The notes beneath the pieces are model-generated. The model saw nothing but the letters and a program-made list of their open reading frames with translations, was not told where the DNA came from and did not search any database. Below are positions 1-8,749 of a stretch of DNA of 64,000 bases, in pieces (within the stretch, counting starts at the first letter, position 1; every line of letters starts with the position of its first letter). The DNA is taken from the IMG/VR virus record IMGVR_UViG_3300032236_000747, positions 248,001-312,000 of that record. The stretch is one strand, 5' to 3'. A program made the translations under genes and the position numbers.

Positions 1-585
1 CAAGTTTTCAAATGCACTCCCGGGTACCCCCTCGGGGTCTCGGCCACCACTGTGTTCACTGCACGCTGCGTGCGACGCACGTGAGTAGCCCCGGGGTCTA
101 GCCATATATCGGCCTTGACCCCAGCCTCTGCGAAGATAAGAATTATTATCTCCTTGGGCGGCTTCCCCGGGGTCTGCCCCAAGAGTATGTGCACGCTGCG
201 TGTGTAGTATAGCGTGGCTACAGCTAGCAGCAGTGTAACAGCCCGCTCCCGCAGCAGTTCTTTCACGAGTGCAGAGTGAATGCTGCGTGGGGAGGGCCCG
301 TGAGTGTGTACTATATACGTAGCCTAGCACACTAGTGTAGTACACATGTACTAGTGCTAGCAGCTTACCATACAGCGATATATCTAGGAGTGCAATCAAC
401 TCTGCGTGGGGTTGTAAGGGAGCTATCCGTGTGTAGACCGCTGTGCTGCTGCTCGCTGCGGGGAAGATCATGCTAGGATCCCGGGGCAGCTCCTTGACAT
501 TTGTGGCCGGGGTCTCTGTGTTACCCCAGGAGCTACCGCGAAGGTAGTGCATGGTGGTTAGCAGCAAAAGTATTAGCAAAAGCAC
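1..585 (-). CDS. Partial ORF running off the window start (>=195 codons), hydrophobic N-terminus VLLLILLLLTTMH
   Basis: GTG at 585 preceded by AAGGAG and a sigma70 promoter (617-644); no in-frame stop from 585 to 1 by manual check; absent from the ORF track because it has no stop in the window. Confidence 0.45.
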   Translation of the reverse strand, partial: MLLLILLLLTTMHYLRGSSWGNTETPATNVKELPRDPSMIFPAASSSTAVYTRIAPLQPHAELIALLDISLYGKLLALVHVYYTSVLGYVYSTHSRALPTQHSLCTRERTAAGAGCYTAASCSHAILHTQRAHTLGADPGEAAQGDNNSYLRRGWGQGRYMARPRGYSRASHAACSEHSGGRDPEGVPGSAFENL

Positions 586-616
586 AGTGAGCTCCTTGTT
601 GTGTACTGACAGAGTC

Positions 617-644
617 AGTATAGCATAACTTTAGCTCTTGTCAA
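617..644 (-). promoter_or_regulatory. Early sigma70 promoter TTGACA-16-TATACT
   Basis: Consensus boxes on the minus strand; near-identical copy at 1653-1680. Confidence 0.8.
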
Positions 645-805
645 CCATTATTTTGATTTATTTTGGTAGACCCCGGCCAGGTCCTTAACTGCGTAGCACT
701 GTGGTCTTGTAAAACCCCGGTCAGGTCAACGATTGATCATCTGCGTGGTCTGCTGTTTAATTTAAAACCCCGGCCGCAAATTGTGCAGTAGTGCAGGGTG
801 ATCTC

Positions 806-943
806 TCAGGGATATATCTCGTGATATAACCGTTGTAGCTCAAACTGGTCTACCTCGTAGGCCGCCACGGTATCCTTGACCGCTTGTATATAATCGCAGC
901 CAAGGTCTAGGAGCTGTTTAAAGTGGATCACAGCCTCTGTCAT
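806..943 (-). CDS. Small hypothetical protein (45 aa, MTEAVIHFKQLL...)
   Basis: Manual translation; start overlaps the stop of the upstream ORF (ATGA). Confidence 0.6.
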   Translation of the reverse strand: MTEAVIHFKQLLDLGCDYIQAVKDTVAAYEVDQFELQRLYHEIYP

Positions 944-1029
944 TTGATGTACCTCTCTATATACCACACCTTAGCAGCAAAGATCACCACCACGGCTAGG
1001 GAGATCAAGATCACTTGTAGATCGCTCAT
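940..1029 (-). CDS. Small membrane peptide (29 aa, MSDLQVILISLAVVVIFAAKVW...)
   Basis: Manual translation; coupled to both neighbours; one hydrophobic segment. Confidence 0.55.
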   Translation of the reverse strand: MSDLQVILISLAVVVIFAAKVWYIERYIK

Positions 1030-1178
1030 CGTGCTAGCCTCACGGTGATGTCTGCGGAATAACCATCGTGTTTGATCAGTGCGCTGCGCACATCGTGTAA
1101 GGTCATGTCGCGGTCAAAGAACACGGTATCCACGATCTGACCGTTGCGGATAATGTCCCAGGCTTGCTGCTTGCTCAT
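1026..1178 (-). CDS. Hypothetical protein (50 aa, MSKQQAWDII...)
   Basis: Start moved from the track's 1355 to the ATG at 1178, which follows AAGGAG and lies downstream of the promoter at 1281-1309. Confidence 0.7.
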   Translation of the reverse strand: MSKQQAWDIIRNGQIVDTVFFDRDMTLHDVRSALIKHDGYSADITVRLAR

Positions 1179-1196
1179 CGTTGCTCCTTGAGGTGA

Positions 1197-1275
1197 AAAA
1201 GACCGCTGAGGGGAAGAACCACGGTTGCGGTACTGTGTACAGCACGGGCGGTGTGGCCCTAGGCCCCCAGCAGCA
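1197..1275 (-). ncRNA. Putative structured small RNA or leader between promoter and first gene
   Basis: GC-rich closing stem GCUGCUGGGG / CCCCUCAGCGGU followed by UUUUU; internal hairpins GGCC-UAG-GGCC and GUGCUG-UACA-CAGUAC. Confidence 0.4.
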
Positions 1276-1280
1276 GAGTT

Positions 1281-1309
1281 ATTATAACACGGTTTTACCA
1301 AGTTGTCAA
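1281..1309 (-). promoter_or_regulatory. Early sigma70 promoter TTGACA-17-TATAAT with TGGTAAAACC spacer motif
   Basis: Perfect consensus boxes. Confidence 0.85.
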
Positions 1310-1367
1310 CTGTGTTATTAAAATACTTGCTGACCTTGTCAAGGCCAGCGAGCACGTTAAGCGGGGT

Positions 1368-1619
1368 CTAGCAATCTGCGTCAAAATCTGCCCACTCCTG
1401 CGCTTCGTCGGGCTGACCGTCCCAGGCGCAATCTCGCTCGCGATCGCAGACCAATTCCCAGTAATCCTTGAGGGCGGCCATGGCGGCGGACAAGTTGCCG
1501 TTTGCCTCTGTGAGATACTGATCGTAGTCCTCAGCGCCAAAACACTCGTAGACCCAGTGCCCGCCGGCCTCGTAGTTGTCCAGTGCGTATTGCTCTAACA
1601 GTTTGATAGCTTGTGACAT
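1368..1619 (-). CDS. Hypothetical acidic early protein
   Basis: ORF with SD (AAGGA) and its own promoter. Confidence 0.8.
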   Translation of the reverse strand: MSQAIKLLEQYALDNYEAGGHWVYECFGAEDYDQYLTEANGNLSAAMAALKDYWELVCDRERDCAWDGQPDEAQEWADFDADC

Positions 1620-1652
1620 AGCGTTGTTCCTTGTTTGTTTACTGACAGAGTC

Positions 1653-1680
1653 AGTATAGCATAACTTTAACGTTTGTCAA
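1653..1680 (-). promoter_or_regulatory. Early sigma70 promoter, duplicate of 617-644
   Basis: TTGACA-16-TATACT within a ~50-bp repeat of 605-655. Confidence 0.8.
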
Positions 1681-1724
1681 CCATTATTTTAATTTATTTT
1701 TAGCCTAGCAAAAACCATGCTTTT

Positions 1725-1763
1725 AGACCCCGAGACGATTTCTCTGGATTTGCTCCGGGGTCT
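1725..1763 (-). terminator. Inverted repeat, possible terminator, built from two CGGGGTCT motifs
   Basis: AGACCCCG...CGGGGTCT just after the stop of 1769..2011. Confidence 0.45.
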
Positions 1764-1768
1764 TTGAA

Positions 1769-2011
1769 TTAGATCTCTTCAGCCTCTAATTCGTCTGCAG
1801 CAGCGATGAAATCGTCGATGAGATCAGCAATGCTGTTCTTACGTCGTTCGCTGCGCTTGCGTGGTTTGACCGAGGTGCCCTCTTGGTAGACCTTCCATAC
1901 ATGGTCTTTACAGTAGCTCTTACCTTCGATGCTAGCTTGGCAGCAGGTGGGATGATGACTCTCTGTGTTGTCCCCGATGAACTGGCAGAGTGGTTCGTGA
2001 TCGATCTTCAT
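1769..2011 (-). CDS. Hypothetical protein with Cys/His zinc-finger-like motif
   Basis: LCQF...TCC...YCKDH pattern. Confidence 0.7.
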   Translation of the reverse strand: MKIDHEPLCQFIGDNTESHHPTCCQASIEGKSYCKDHVWKVYQEGTSVKPRKRSERRKNSIADLIDDFIAAADELEAEEI

Positions 2012-2277
2012 TGTGGTCTCGCTTTGTTGTGTTCAAGGACGTCCGCTAGCTGGCCGCGTGCTGTAGCCAGTAGGGATCGCATGGTGATTAGCTCTTGCTC
2101 TGCTGCTTCCAAGGCCTCTATGTACTCGTGTGCTGCTGCTTGGTGGCCTTCCATGCGGCCTACTAGCTCTACAGCGCAAAACAAGCCCAGGAGACACATG
2201 AACTGCCACTCTTGCCAGCTGTAGCCTAACAAGTCAAGCAAGGTGCCCATAGTTGCGTACAAGAGCAAGCGTTGCAT
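2008..2277 (-). CDS. Hypothetical membrane protein
   Basis: Two hydrophobic segments; likely start at 2277 (TAATG overlap with the ATPase stop). Confidence 0.65.
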   Translation of the reverse strand: MQRLLLYATMGTLLDLLGYSWQEWQFMCLLGLFCAVELVGRMEGHQAAAHEYIEALEAAEQELITMRSLLATARGQLADVLEHNKARPQ

Positions 2278-3155
2278 TAGAGCATGTTCCTGCGCATACA
2301 TGTAGTCTTCGCCATGGCCTGCCAAGAAGCAGGGAATGCCTTCTTGAGATCGGCTATTTTAAGAACCATGCGCAAACTCAGCTCGCGCAGCTTGTCTTTA
2401 TACGTGTTAACGTAGTCTAGGATCTCTTGCTGCTCTACAGCGGGGTCTGTAAACTCGTACCTAGTTAACATTCCATCTGCGACTATGCTCTTGATCCACA
2501 AGAGTTTCTCTCGCATGGTATCCATCTGCAGATCGATATAGTGGCAGCGTGACTCAAGTGCGCTCAAGTGCTCACGTAGCTTCTTACTCTTCACGTGCTC
2601 GAACTTGATGTTCGTGATGAAGATCGCTGATCCCTTAAACTCAAAGCGATCAGGAATACCTTCCCCGCGCAGCATACGTGAATCCGTGTTCCAGGCGATC
2701 CAACGACGCTCGCTGCTGTCTAGGGCACCCTTGAGGATGTTGAGGCTTAGTTCATCGAGCAGGATCTGATCGCAGTCATCGAAGACCACCACGTGGTTCT
2801 CGTCGCTGTACTCGTAGAGTTTAGCGTAGAGGCCTAGCGCACTCATAGCGCCTTTAACAATCTCATACTTAGGTTTACGTTCCCCTAAGATATCAAAGAG
2901 GCCGTCCTTCTGAAGTACTGCTTCCACACCATAGCTCTTGCCAACACCGGGTGGGCCAGAAACAATCATCGCACGCACATCACCGCGCTTGATCGCCTTG
3001 GTCATCTCATTGAGGATCGTAAAACGTTCCTTGAGGCGAGTCAAGATCTCGTCATCGGTCTCTTGTTCTACCGCTAGCTCGCGTGCACGAATCGCATCGT
3101 GATCGAACTCGAGGATAGTTGTACCAGCTGAGGGTTTAGTATTTGCTTTTGCCAT
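2277..3155 (-). CDS. AAA-family P-loop ATPase
   Basis: Walker A GPPGVGKS, Walker B VVVFDDCD, sensor IFITN, SRC arginine-finger-like motif. Confidence 0.85.
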   Translation of the reverse strand: MAKANTKPSAGTTILEFDHDAIRARELAVEQETDDEILTRLKERFTILNEMTKAIKRGDVRAMIVSGPPGVGKSYGVEAVLQKDGLFDILGERKPKYEIVKGAMSALGLYAKLYEYSDENHVVVFDDCDQILLDELSLNILKGALDSSERRWIAWNTDSRMLRGEGIPDRFEFKGSAIFITNIKFEHVKSKKLREHLSALESRCHYIDLQMDTMREKLLWIKSIVADGMLTRYEFTDPAVEQQEILDYVNTYKDKLRELSLRMVLKIADLKKAFPASWQAMAKTTCMRRNML

Positions 3156-3183
3156 ATATTAATCCTGTGTTGTATAAAAATGT

Positions 3184-3212
3184 ATTATACAATTATTTAC
3201 GATATTTGTCAA
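3184..3212 (-). promoter_or_regulatory. Early sigma70 promoter TTGACA-17-TATAAT
   Basis: Perfect consensus upstream of the ATPase. Confidence 0.8.
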
Positions 3213-3417
3213 GAAGCAGGTTTGCCAGAGTTAGGTCTGTGACCTCGTCAAAGGCCTCCAAGATCATGATCAGCTTCATCGCGTGCATTCTATGATTGCG
3301 AGTAAGACGAATCATGTAGGCGATCTCAGCAATACTGGCCTGTTGTTCCCAAGCCTCCCACTCATCGGTAGGGGCCGTGAGCATCCAACGAAGGTTGTCC
3401 TCATCGTAGGGATTCAT
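3193..3417 (-). CDS. Hypothetical protein
   Basis: ORF in the co-oriented early array. Confidence 0.7.
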   Translation of the reverse strand: MNPYDEDNLRWMLTAPTDEWEAWEQQASIAEIAYMIRLTRNHRMHAMKLIMILEAFDEVTDLTLANLLLDKYRK

Positions 3418-3632
3418 TTATTATCGTTGGTGACCTTGGTTTTAAACAATAAACCAAACAGTATGTTAAGACCCCAGGCTTGTAGCCACGTGATCTCTTG
3501 TACGCCGGTGACTGCTCCTACAAGGCAACCATTCCATAACCAGTACACGGGCAACGATACCAGCATGCCAATCACAATGATCAGCAAGGCAGCGACCAGC
3601 AATGCGCCAACGACGGCAAATAGTTTATCCAT
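3414..3632 (-). CDS. Small two-TM membrane protein
   Basis: Two hydrophobic helices, WLWN...ITWLQAWGL; SD and TTGACG-17-TATAAT promoter at 3652-3680. Confidence 0.8.
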   Translation of the reverse strand: MDKLFAVVGALLVAALLIIVIGMLVSLPVYWLWNGCLVGAVTGVQEITWLQAWGLNILFGLLFKTKVTNDNK

Positions 3633-3660
3633 GTATTTCTCCTATGTGTATATTATACAC

Positions 3661-4008
3661 TCAAAGGGTTTCTACGTCAAAGAGCTTGGCCTTCAACTCA
3701 GTCAAGCGTGTGCGTGCATTGACCAGCGCAAGGTGGATTTGATCCTCTCCAAGGCCATCGGTCATGACCTCACGGGGATCTTCGTAGAGGCAACCGCCGA
3801 GGTATTCGCTGGCAACCTCAAGGCCGTCAAACATCACTCGCGTGCGCAGCATGAACCAATCGTAGATACCTAGGTCGATCTTGCGGATGATTTCGGCTAC
3901 GTCGTCTTCTTCAAAGAGATCACGTGGGCTAATATCCTCCCAGGTCTTGTCGAGAATCACAGTCAGACCGTTGCGTTCCACGGTAGCAATGTGTTCATAA
4001 TAGCGCAT
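3661..4008 (-). CDS. Hypothetical phage protein
   Basis: ORF with AAGGAG SD. Confidence 0.8.
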   Translation of the reverse strand: MRYYEHIATVERNGLTVILDKTWEDISPRDLFEEDDVAEIIRKIDLGIYDWFMLRTRVMFDGLEVASEYLGGCLYEDPREVMTDGLGEDQIHLALVNARTRLTELKAKLFDVETL

Positions 4009-4074
4009 CTTCGGCTCCTTGATCTAGGTTATACAGCGGGGTCTTATAGCACAAGGGCAGATGCCCCTGTGATT

Positions 4075-4359
4075 TCAGTTGTCGAAATAGCGATCGTTGG
4101 CCAGACTCAATCCCAACACGTCATTGAGATCGTCGTCGGCATATGCATACTCGCCTTCAAGGTCCTCAGTTGTGTCGTCAGTGGTTTCATCTTCTTCAAC
4201 GAAGTTGTTTGCGTGCATCATCTCTTCTACGTCTGCTTCGGGCATACGCTCAAGGCAGGCACGCAATGCGTCTGTGGGATCTACCAAACCCTCATCAACC
4301 ATGGTAAGGAGCTTGATGGTAAACTCGCGGCTACGACGTGCGGTGCTGAACATTGACAT
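4075..4359 (-). CDS. Hypothetical acidic protein
   Basis: Start moved to the ATG at 4359 after AAGGAG; promoter TTGACA-17-TATAAT at 4384-4412. Confidence 0.75.
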   Translation of the reverse strand: MSMFSTARRSREFTIKLLTMVDEGLVDPTDALRACLERMPEADVEEMMHANNFVEEDETTDDTTEDLEGEYAYADDDLNDVLGLSLANDRYFDN

Positions 4360-4421
4360 GACATTCTCCTTGTTAAAAACTGTATTATAACAAGGGCCGG
4401 AGCCCTTGTCAATCAAAGACC

Positions 4422-4889
4422 CTACCAACTGGAATGGTATTCAAAGTCCCAACCATCGCCAAACATAGCAAGAGTTGATTCAATCTCTGAGGCCGTACGG
4501 CGCAGGTCGTCCCAGTAGTATTCGTCGATGTCTGTGCTACCAAAGAAGAAGCCTGCTGCAGGAGGCAGTAACTTAGCGTTCTTGGTATCCAAGACCTCAA
4601 GGATCAGCTGATGCAGCTCGTTGAGTTTTTCGCGGCTAACATAGTAGTGGCCGCAGTTGTCTTCACCGGCTTGCACGTTCTTGACAAACCAGTCGTGGAT
4701 TTGATTGCTCTTGCGCCAGTAGATAGCTTCAGCGATGATCTCTTTGACTCTGCTAGAGGCATGACCCCAGCGGTCACAATCCTTGAGCTCGGGGAAGAGC
4801 GCCTGCACGGTGTTCGCGATCTGTTTGTCGGGGTGGTCCCCGTGTGTCCACAGATAGCGTTTAGCGTTCAAATACATATCCAATCCCAT
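4422..4889 (-). CDS. Conserved hypothetical phage protein (MGLDMYL... type)
   Basis: MGLDMYL, YWRK.NQIH.WF, GFFFGS, Y.SSW motifs typical of a widespread phage family; SD present. Confidence 0.85.
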   Translation of the reverse strand: MGLDMYLNAKRYLWTHGDHPDKQIANTVQALFPELKDCDRWGHASSRVKEIIAEAIYWRKSNQIHDWFVKNVQAGEDNCGHYYVSREKLNELHQLILEVLDTKNAKLLPPAAGFFFGSTDIDEYYWDDLRRTASEIESTLAMFGDGWDFEYHSSW

Positions 4890-4902
4890 GATCTACTCCT
4901 TG

Positions 4903-5148
4903 TTAACTGAAAACTTTTTTGTCGCCGGACTCTTCATTGAAGGCGTAACCTGCGTTGTACTCGCGTACTTCGTCGTCGGTCAGCTCTTGGCCTTCAATGA
5001 GGGGAGGATTGCCTGTACCGTTAGGGTACTTGTGTGGATTAGGCCTGCGACCATAGTAACTGTCTGCTGAGCCACGATCAAATGGATCGCCGTGTTTGAC
5101 CGTGTAGTTAACGCCTTTGTACTCAACTTGATAAAGTGCATCAAACAT
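4903..5148 (-). CDS. Hypothetical phage protein
   Basis: HG.PFDRGSADSYYGR motif; SD present. Confidence 0.8.
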   Translation of the reverse strand: MFDALYQVEYKGVNYTVKHGDPFDRGSADSYYGRRPNPHKYPNGTGNPPLIEGQELTDDEVREYNAGYAFNEESGDKKVFS

Positions 5149-5211
5149 CTTTCACTCCTTGTAAAACTGTATTATAACACAAAGAAAGGCATTTTGCAAT
5201 GCCCTTCCACT

Positions 5212-5562
5212 TTAGCTGGCTTCTAGCACCACGTTAAACTTGCGCTCCCATGCGCTTAAGAAGTTGCCGTCTACGTCACAACTAACGTAGTTGTCACCCT
5301 GCATGCCCTGCTCGCTATAGCTTACTGCGCACAAACCTTGTTCAGCTAAAAACTTATTAAGTTGCAGCATGAACAGTCTGTCTGTGTAGATCAGCCCGTC
5401 TTTGTTTACATTCCAGTCGCTGGTGTCAAAGTATACACGCAGCTCTCCGAAGTCTTTGTCATCGCTTACATACGCAATACGCATGTCTTCAACTTCTACT
5501 TCAGTTGCTTTGTTGCTCCAGTAACCGTCGCCGCAGGTCTCAAAGTAAACACGTTCAAACAT
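5212..5562 (-). CDS. Hypothetical phage protein
   Basis: GLIYTD...YSEQGMQG motif; SD present. Confidence 0.8.
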   Translation of the reverse strand: MFERVYFETCGDGYWSNKATEVEVEDMRIAYVSDDKDFGELRVYFDTSDWNVNKDGLIYTDRLFMLQLNKFLAEQGLCAVSYSEQGMQGDNYVSCDVDGNFLSAWERKFNVVLEAS

Positions 5563-5601
5563 ATTCGCTCCTTGTTAAAAACTGTAGTATAACATCTAAG
5601 A

Positions 5602-5629
5602 CACAGCGTAGCTATAACACTACGCTGTG
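5602..5629. repeat. 10-bp perfect inverted repeat (CACAGCGTAG / CTACGCTGTG)
   Basis: Intergenic hairpin between early genes. Confidence 0.7.
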
Positions 5630-5641
5630 AAGGGTTATTTT

Positions 5642-5791
5642 TTATGCTAGCAGTTCCTCGTCCTCCGTGTTATAATCGTCCTCTGCTAACTCTGCAAGCT
5701 CGTTGTCTAACTGCTCGCGTGCGTAAGCAGCAATTAACGCTTGCTCCGCGTTGTGGATGCGTTGTGTGCTTGTGCTGTCAAAAACTAGCAT
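5642..5791 (-). CDS. Small acidic protein (49 aa)
   Basis: ATG at 5791 after AAGGAG; promoter at 5819-5846. Confidence 0.7.
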   Translation of the reverse strand: MLVFDSTSTQRIHNAEQALIAAYAREQLDNELAELAEDDYNTEDEELLA

Positions 5792-5875
5792 AGTTTGCTC
5801 CTTGTTAAAAACAGCTTCATTATACAACACAAAACCCAGTTGTCAACCTCTTTTTTAAAATATTTTTAGGCCAAG

Positions 5876-5915
5876 AAAAACCCCGGAAAGATCCATCGAA
5901 GAACCTTCCGGGGTT
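5876..5915 (-). terminator. Rho-independent terminator
   Basis: AACCCCGGAA...TTCCGGGGTT followed by a T run on the minus strand. Confidence 0.6.
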
Positions 5916-5955
5916 AAGATGCCTGCGGGAGCGATTCGCAGGACTTGGAGCGATC

Positions 5956-6228
5956 TTAGATCGTGATGCCCAATGCCATGGCCTTGTAGCCTAATGCTAC
6001 GAGTTCTTGGCTTGGTTGGCCCATTACGTACTCAACGACATGAGCGTTGTTGCCAGCTGTGCGTTCCTTGCGATATACTGCGAAACCATGTTGGCGAACA
6101 CGACTTACCTCTGCGCTGATGTTCTTGATACCAAAACGCTTTTCGGCTTGACTAGCAGTGATACGCTCGCCTGCTTGTAGTGCTTTGAATAGCTTGTATG
6201 CCTTGGTTTCTTTACTGAACTTTTTCAT
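5956..6228 (-). CDS. Small basic HTH / winged-helix-like DNA-binding protein
   Basis: L..GERIT..QA..RFGI.N..AEVSRVR..G pattern. Confidence 0.6.
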   Translation of the reverse strand: MKKFSKETKAYKLFKALQAGERITASQAEKRFGIKNISAEVSRVRQHGFAVYRKERTAGNNAHVVEYVMGQPSQELVALGYKAMALGITI

Positions 6229-6271
6229 ATCATTTCCTTTTGTTATATACTGCTTAACAGTTATAACAATA

Positions 6272-6562
6272 TTACACGATTACTCGCTTTCTTGCAAGGA
6301 GTTTTTTATCCAATCGCGTACGACTTTGTCCAGTTGGTTGAGTGCTTCTTGCATTTGTTTCTCCAAATTCCTTAGTGACATAATACTTGATAAGGCTACG
6401 TTGAATCATCGTAACCAAATCGCCTGAATCGTCTGTGACGAATCTAACTGGACAACGCCCCCAAGTTCCCAGCCTTTGGAACTCTTCAAACCATCGTCTG
6501 TGGTTCTTAAGGCTAGGATCAAAGACTACCCAAGGTCTACCTATGTATGCGAGTTTGCTCAT
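6272..6562 (-). CDS. Hypothetical protein
   Basis: ORF in the array. Confidence 0.75.
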   Translation of the reverse strand: MSKLAYIGRPWVVFDPSLKNHRRWFEEFQRLGTWGRCPVRFVTDDSGDLVTMIQRSLIKYYVTKEFGETNARSTQPTGQSRTRLDKKLLARKRVIV

Positions 6563-6596
6563 GTGTAGAGGCCTTTACAGCGGGGTCTTTGCAAGT

Positions 6597-6965
6597 TCAG
6601 AGTGGCGCTGCTTCAAGTTCGGTGCTAGCTGCTAGAGCAACCCCGACTGGAGCCTCGATAGGAGCTGCCGGGGTCTTAGCCTTGGCCTTCTTCTCAGCTT
6701 TGGGTTTAGCAATCACACCGCGCTTCTCACCTGCTGCTTCCAATGCTGCGCGAACGGCTTTGTTGCCGTTGTCGAAGTCAATGCTCAACAAGTAGGCCAC
6801 AGTCTCGGCCTTGGTCATCGGATGCTTGAGCTCAACGATATCAATATCAGTGTGCCCATTCTTCTTCAGAACCTTGGTACGAAGAGCGTCGTTGCAGAAA
6901 CGAACTTTGAACTCGCCGTCTTGTTTTGAAACACCAGCATGTGAAAATTTAACGATTGTTGACAT
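6597..6965 (-). CDS. Hypothetical protein with Lys/Ala-rich tail
   Basis: SD GGAG; promoter TTGACA-17-TATACT at 7013-7041. Confidence 0.8.
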   Translation of the reverse strand: MSTIVKFSHAGVSKQDGEFKVRFCNDALRTKVLKKNGHTDIDIVELKHPMTKAETVAYLLSIDFDNGNKAVRAALEAAGEKRGVIAKPKAEKKAKAKTPAAPIEAPVGVALAASTELEAAPL

Positions 6966-7043
6966 ATTTAGATCTCCTATAATGTCCGGATTAATAAAAC
7001 TAATGAAACACTAGTATAGCATAATCTGGCCATTATGTCAACC

Positions 7044-7238
7044 TTAGGCCCCGTAGTAGGGGCTGTAGATCTCCTCAGCATGTGGCATTTCTGCCACAAC
7101 CTTAAAGCCTTCTTCCCGAGCCATTTCGGCCTCATCCAAGGTGAACACAGTGTAGAGATAGAGATCTCCGTCCCAGATTTGATAGCTCATTTGAAACTTG
7201 TCCTTTGATGCTTGCAGTTTTGCTCGGAAGCCGCTCAT
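7044..7238 (-). CDS. Hypothetical protein
   Basis: Start moved to the ATG at 7238 after AGGAG; promoter at 7261-7289. Confidence 0.7.
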   Translation of the reverse strand: MSGFRAKLQASKDKFQMSYQIWDGDLYLYTVFTLDEAEMAREEGFKVVAEMPHAEEIYSPYYGA

Positions 7239-7304
7239 GCTAGTTGCTCCTAAAACGTTTATTATACAGCCACGCTGGGGGACTGTCAATCCCCCAGTGC
7301 GAGC

Positions 7305-7673
7305 TTAACCTGCCGCAAAAGCCGCTAGGGCTTCCACTGCTCCGTCAACATTGTTGAACACAAAGCGATCATAGACCTGTTGCGCTTCTTTTTCCAGTTG
7401 CTCCGCATAGTCGTTGAGAGCTTGCTTTTTGGCTTCCAGTTGCGGCCACACAATATCGTCTGTGATCATGTAAGGGCGTGTGCAGGTTTCCGTTCCCTCT
7501 TTGAGCACTAGCTCGCCTGCTTTAATAGCATCAAAGACCATGCCCCAGGTGATGTGATATGGGCTACCACCCTTGCCAAACAGCTCGTCTTGTTTAGCCT
7601 GCATCTTAGCCTCTGTGATTGCGTTAAGGCGTGCGCGGAGGTGTGTGCGTTGCTCTTGCGAAAGTTCAGTCAT
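7305..7673 (-). CDS. Hypothetical protein
   Basis: SD and promoter TTGACA-17-TATAAT at 7699-7727. Confidence 0.8.
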   Translation of the reverse strand: MTELSQEQRTHLRARLNAITEAKMQAKQDELFGKGGSPYHITWGMVFDAIKAGELVLKEGTETCTRPYMITDDIVWPQLEAKKQALNDYAEQLEKEAQQVYDRFVFNNVDGAVEALAAFAAG

Positions 7674-7738
7674 TTAATGCTCCTTGTTAAAAACGTTTAT
7701 TATACAGTGGTTTTACCAGTCTGTCAACAGATCTAGTA

Positions 7739-8152
7739 TTACTTGACTAGAGCGTAGGGTTTATCCCAACGACCGATGTTGATGTCAACGTAGTGGCTGC
7801 AGTGAAAGTAGTCTGTCATTGAATCACTGTGATCAAAGTAGTCCGGCCCCTTGAGCGCTGCTACAGCAGCAACGAGAAAGTCCTTGGCCTTGCCGTCAAA
7901 GTGCTCATGACACCAGTATGTGTTGATCTGCAGATAGTCACGATCTACATTGCGTGGACTGTTGTTGTAGCGTGGCTGCGCTGCGCATACTCTATTAGTA
8001 TTGCCAATGAAGTCAATGCTGCCCTGCTTGACAGTAAGTACCAAAGTACTGTGATTGTTCACACTCAACGAACCCTTGAGACCGTACTGCTTGAGCAGGG
8101 CCTTGATGGTGGGTGCGATCTTAGCTTTCATTTCCTGACTTACGTATGCCAT
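7739..8152 (-). CDS. Conserved hypothetical phage protein
   Basis: MAYVSQE...SDSMTDYF...INIGRWDKPY; SD and promoter at 8176-8204. Confidence 0.85.
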   Translation of the reverse strand: MAYVSQEMKAKIAPTIKALLKQYGLKGSLSVNNHSTLVLTVKQGSIDFIGNTNRVCAAQPRYNNSPRNVDRDYLQINTYWCHEHFDGKAKDFLVAAVAALKGPDYFDHSDSMTDYFHCSHYVDINIGRWDKPYALVK

Positions 8153-8228
8153 ACACTGCTCCTTGTAAAACGTTTATTATATAGTGGTTTTACCAGTTTG
8201 TCAACCACTATTTTAAAGTTTTTTCAAT

Positions 8229-8498
8229 TTAGATCACTTCCAACAAGCTAGCGGAAACTCTCCAATTCACTGTGGGAGTAGCGACTACAACGTTTTTGGG
8301 TCCAATGCTTTTAACAGTGCCCTGCTCAAGTCTTCCACCCCGGCCGGTGAATTGAACTCGTGCACCAATGGTCAGCTTGCGGATAATACCAGCAGCTACT
8401 CGGCTGCGTGCGAACTTAAGGGCATCGTTGAGCTCAGTAACCTGTTCTGCTGTGAATGCGCCTGTTACGATTGCTGCTTTGATAGTGGCAAAGTCCAT
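8229..8498 (-). CDS. Hypothetical protein with C-terminal SH3/KOW-like barrel
   Basis: L.IGARVQF...GTVK.I..KNVVV...WRV; ATG at 8498 after AAGGAG; promoter at 8524-8552. Confidence 0.7.
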   Translation of the reverse strand: MDFATIKAAIVTGAFTAEQVTELNDALKFARSRVAAGIIRKLTIGARVQFTGRGGRLEQGTVKSIGPKNVVVATPTVNWRVSASLLEVI

Positions 8499-8558
8499 GA
8501 TCAACTCCTTGTTAAAAAACACTATTATACACTAGGTTTTACCAGTTGTCAACCACTA

Positions 8559-8738
8559 TTATTCATCGTCCTCTTCATCTAGATCATCGCCCTCGGGATC
8601 CCAATCATCAATGAGATCACCCGGGCACACAGCGTATTCTCCAGAACACACCACGATGCCATCCACGATCTTCCAAGCGAAGAACAAGAAGAATACTAGG
8701 CCAAACCACCACTGCAGGCTGTGCGGTCTATGTTTCAT
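8559..8738 (-). CDS. Small membrane protein with acidic C-terminus (59 aa)
   Basis: Manual translation MKHRPHSLQWWFGLVFFLFFAWKIVDG...DDLDEEDDE. Confidence 0.6.
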   Translation of the reverse strand: MKHRPHSLQWWFGLVFFLFFAWKIVDGIVVCSGEYAVCPGDLIDDWDPEGDDLDEEDDE

Positions 8739-8749
8739 ATATATTAAGA

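Noticed and set aside
1244-1255. 16S rRNA gene fragment or assembly contamination
   Set aside because: The match is only 12 nt and the flanks are not rRNA.
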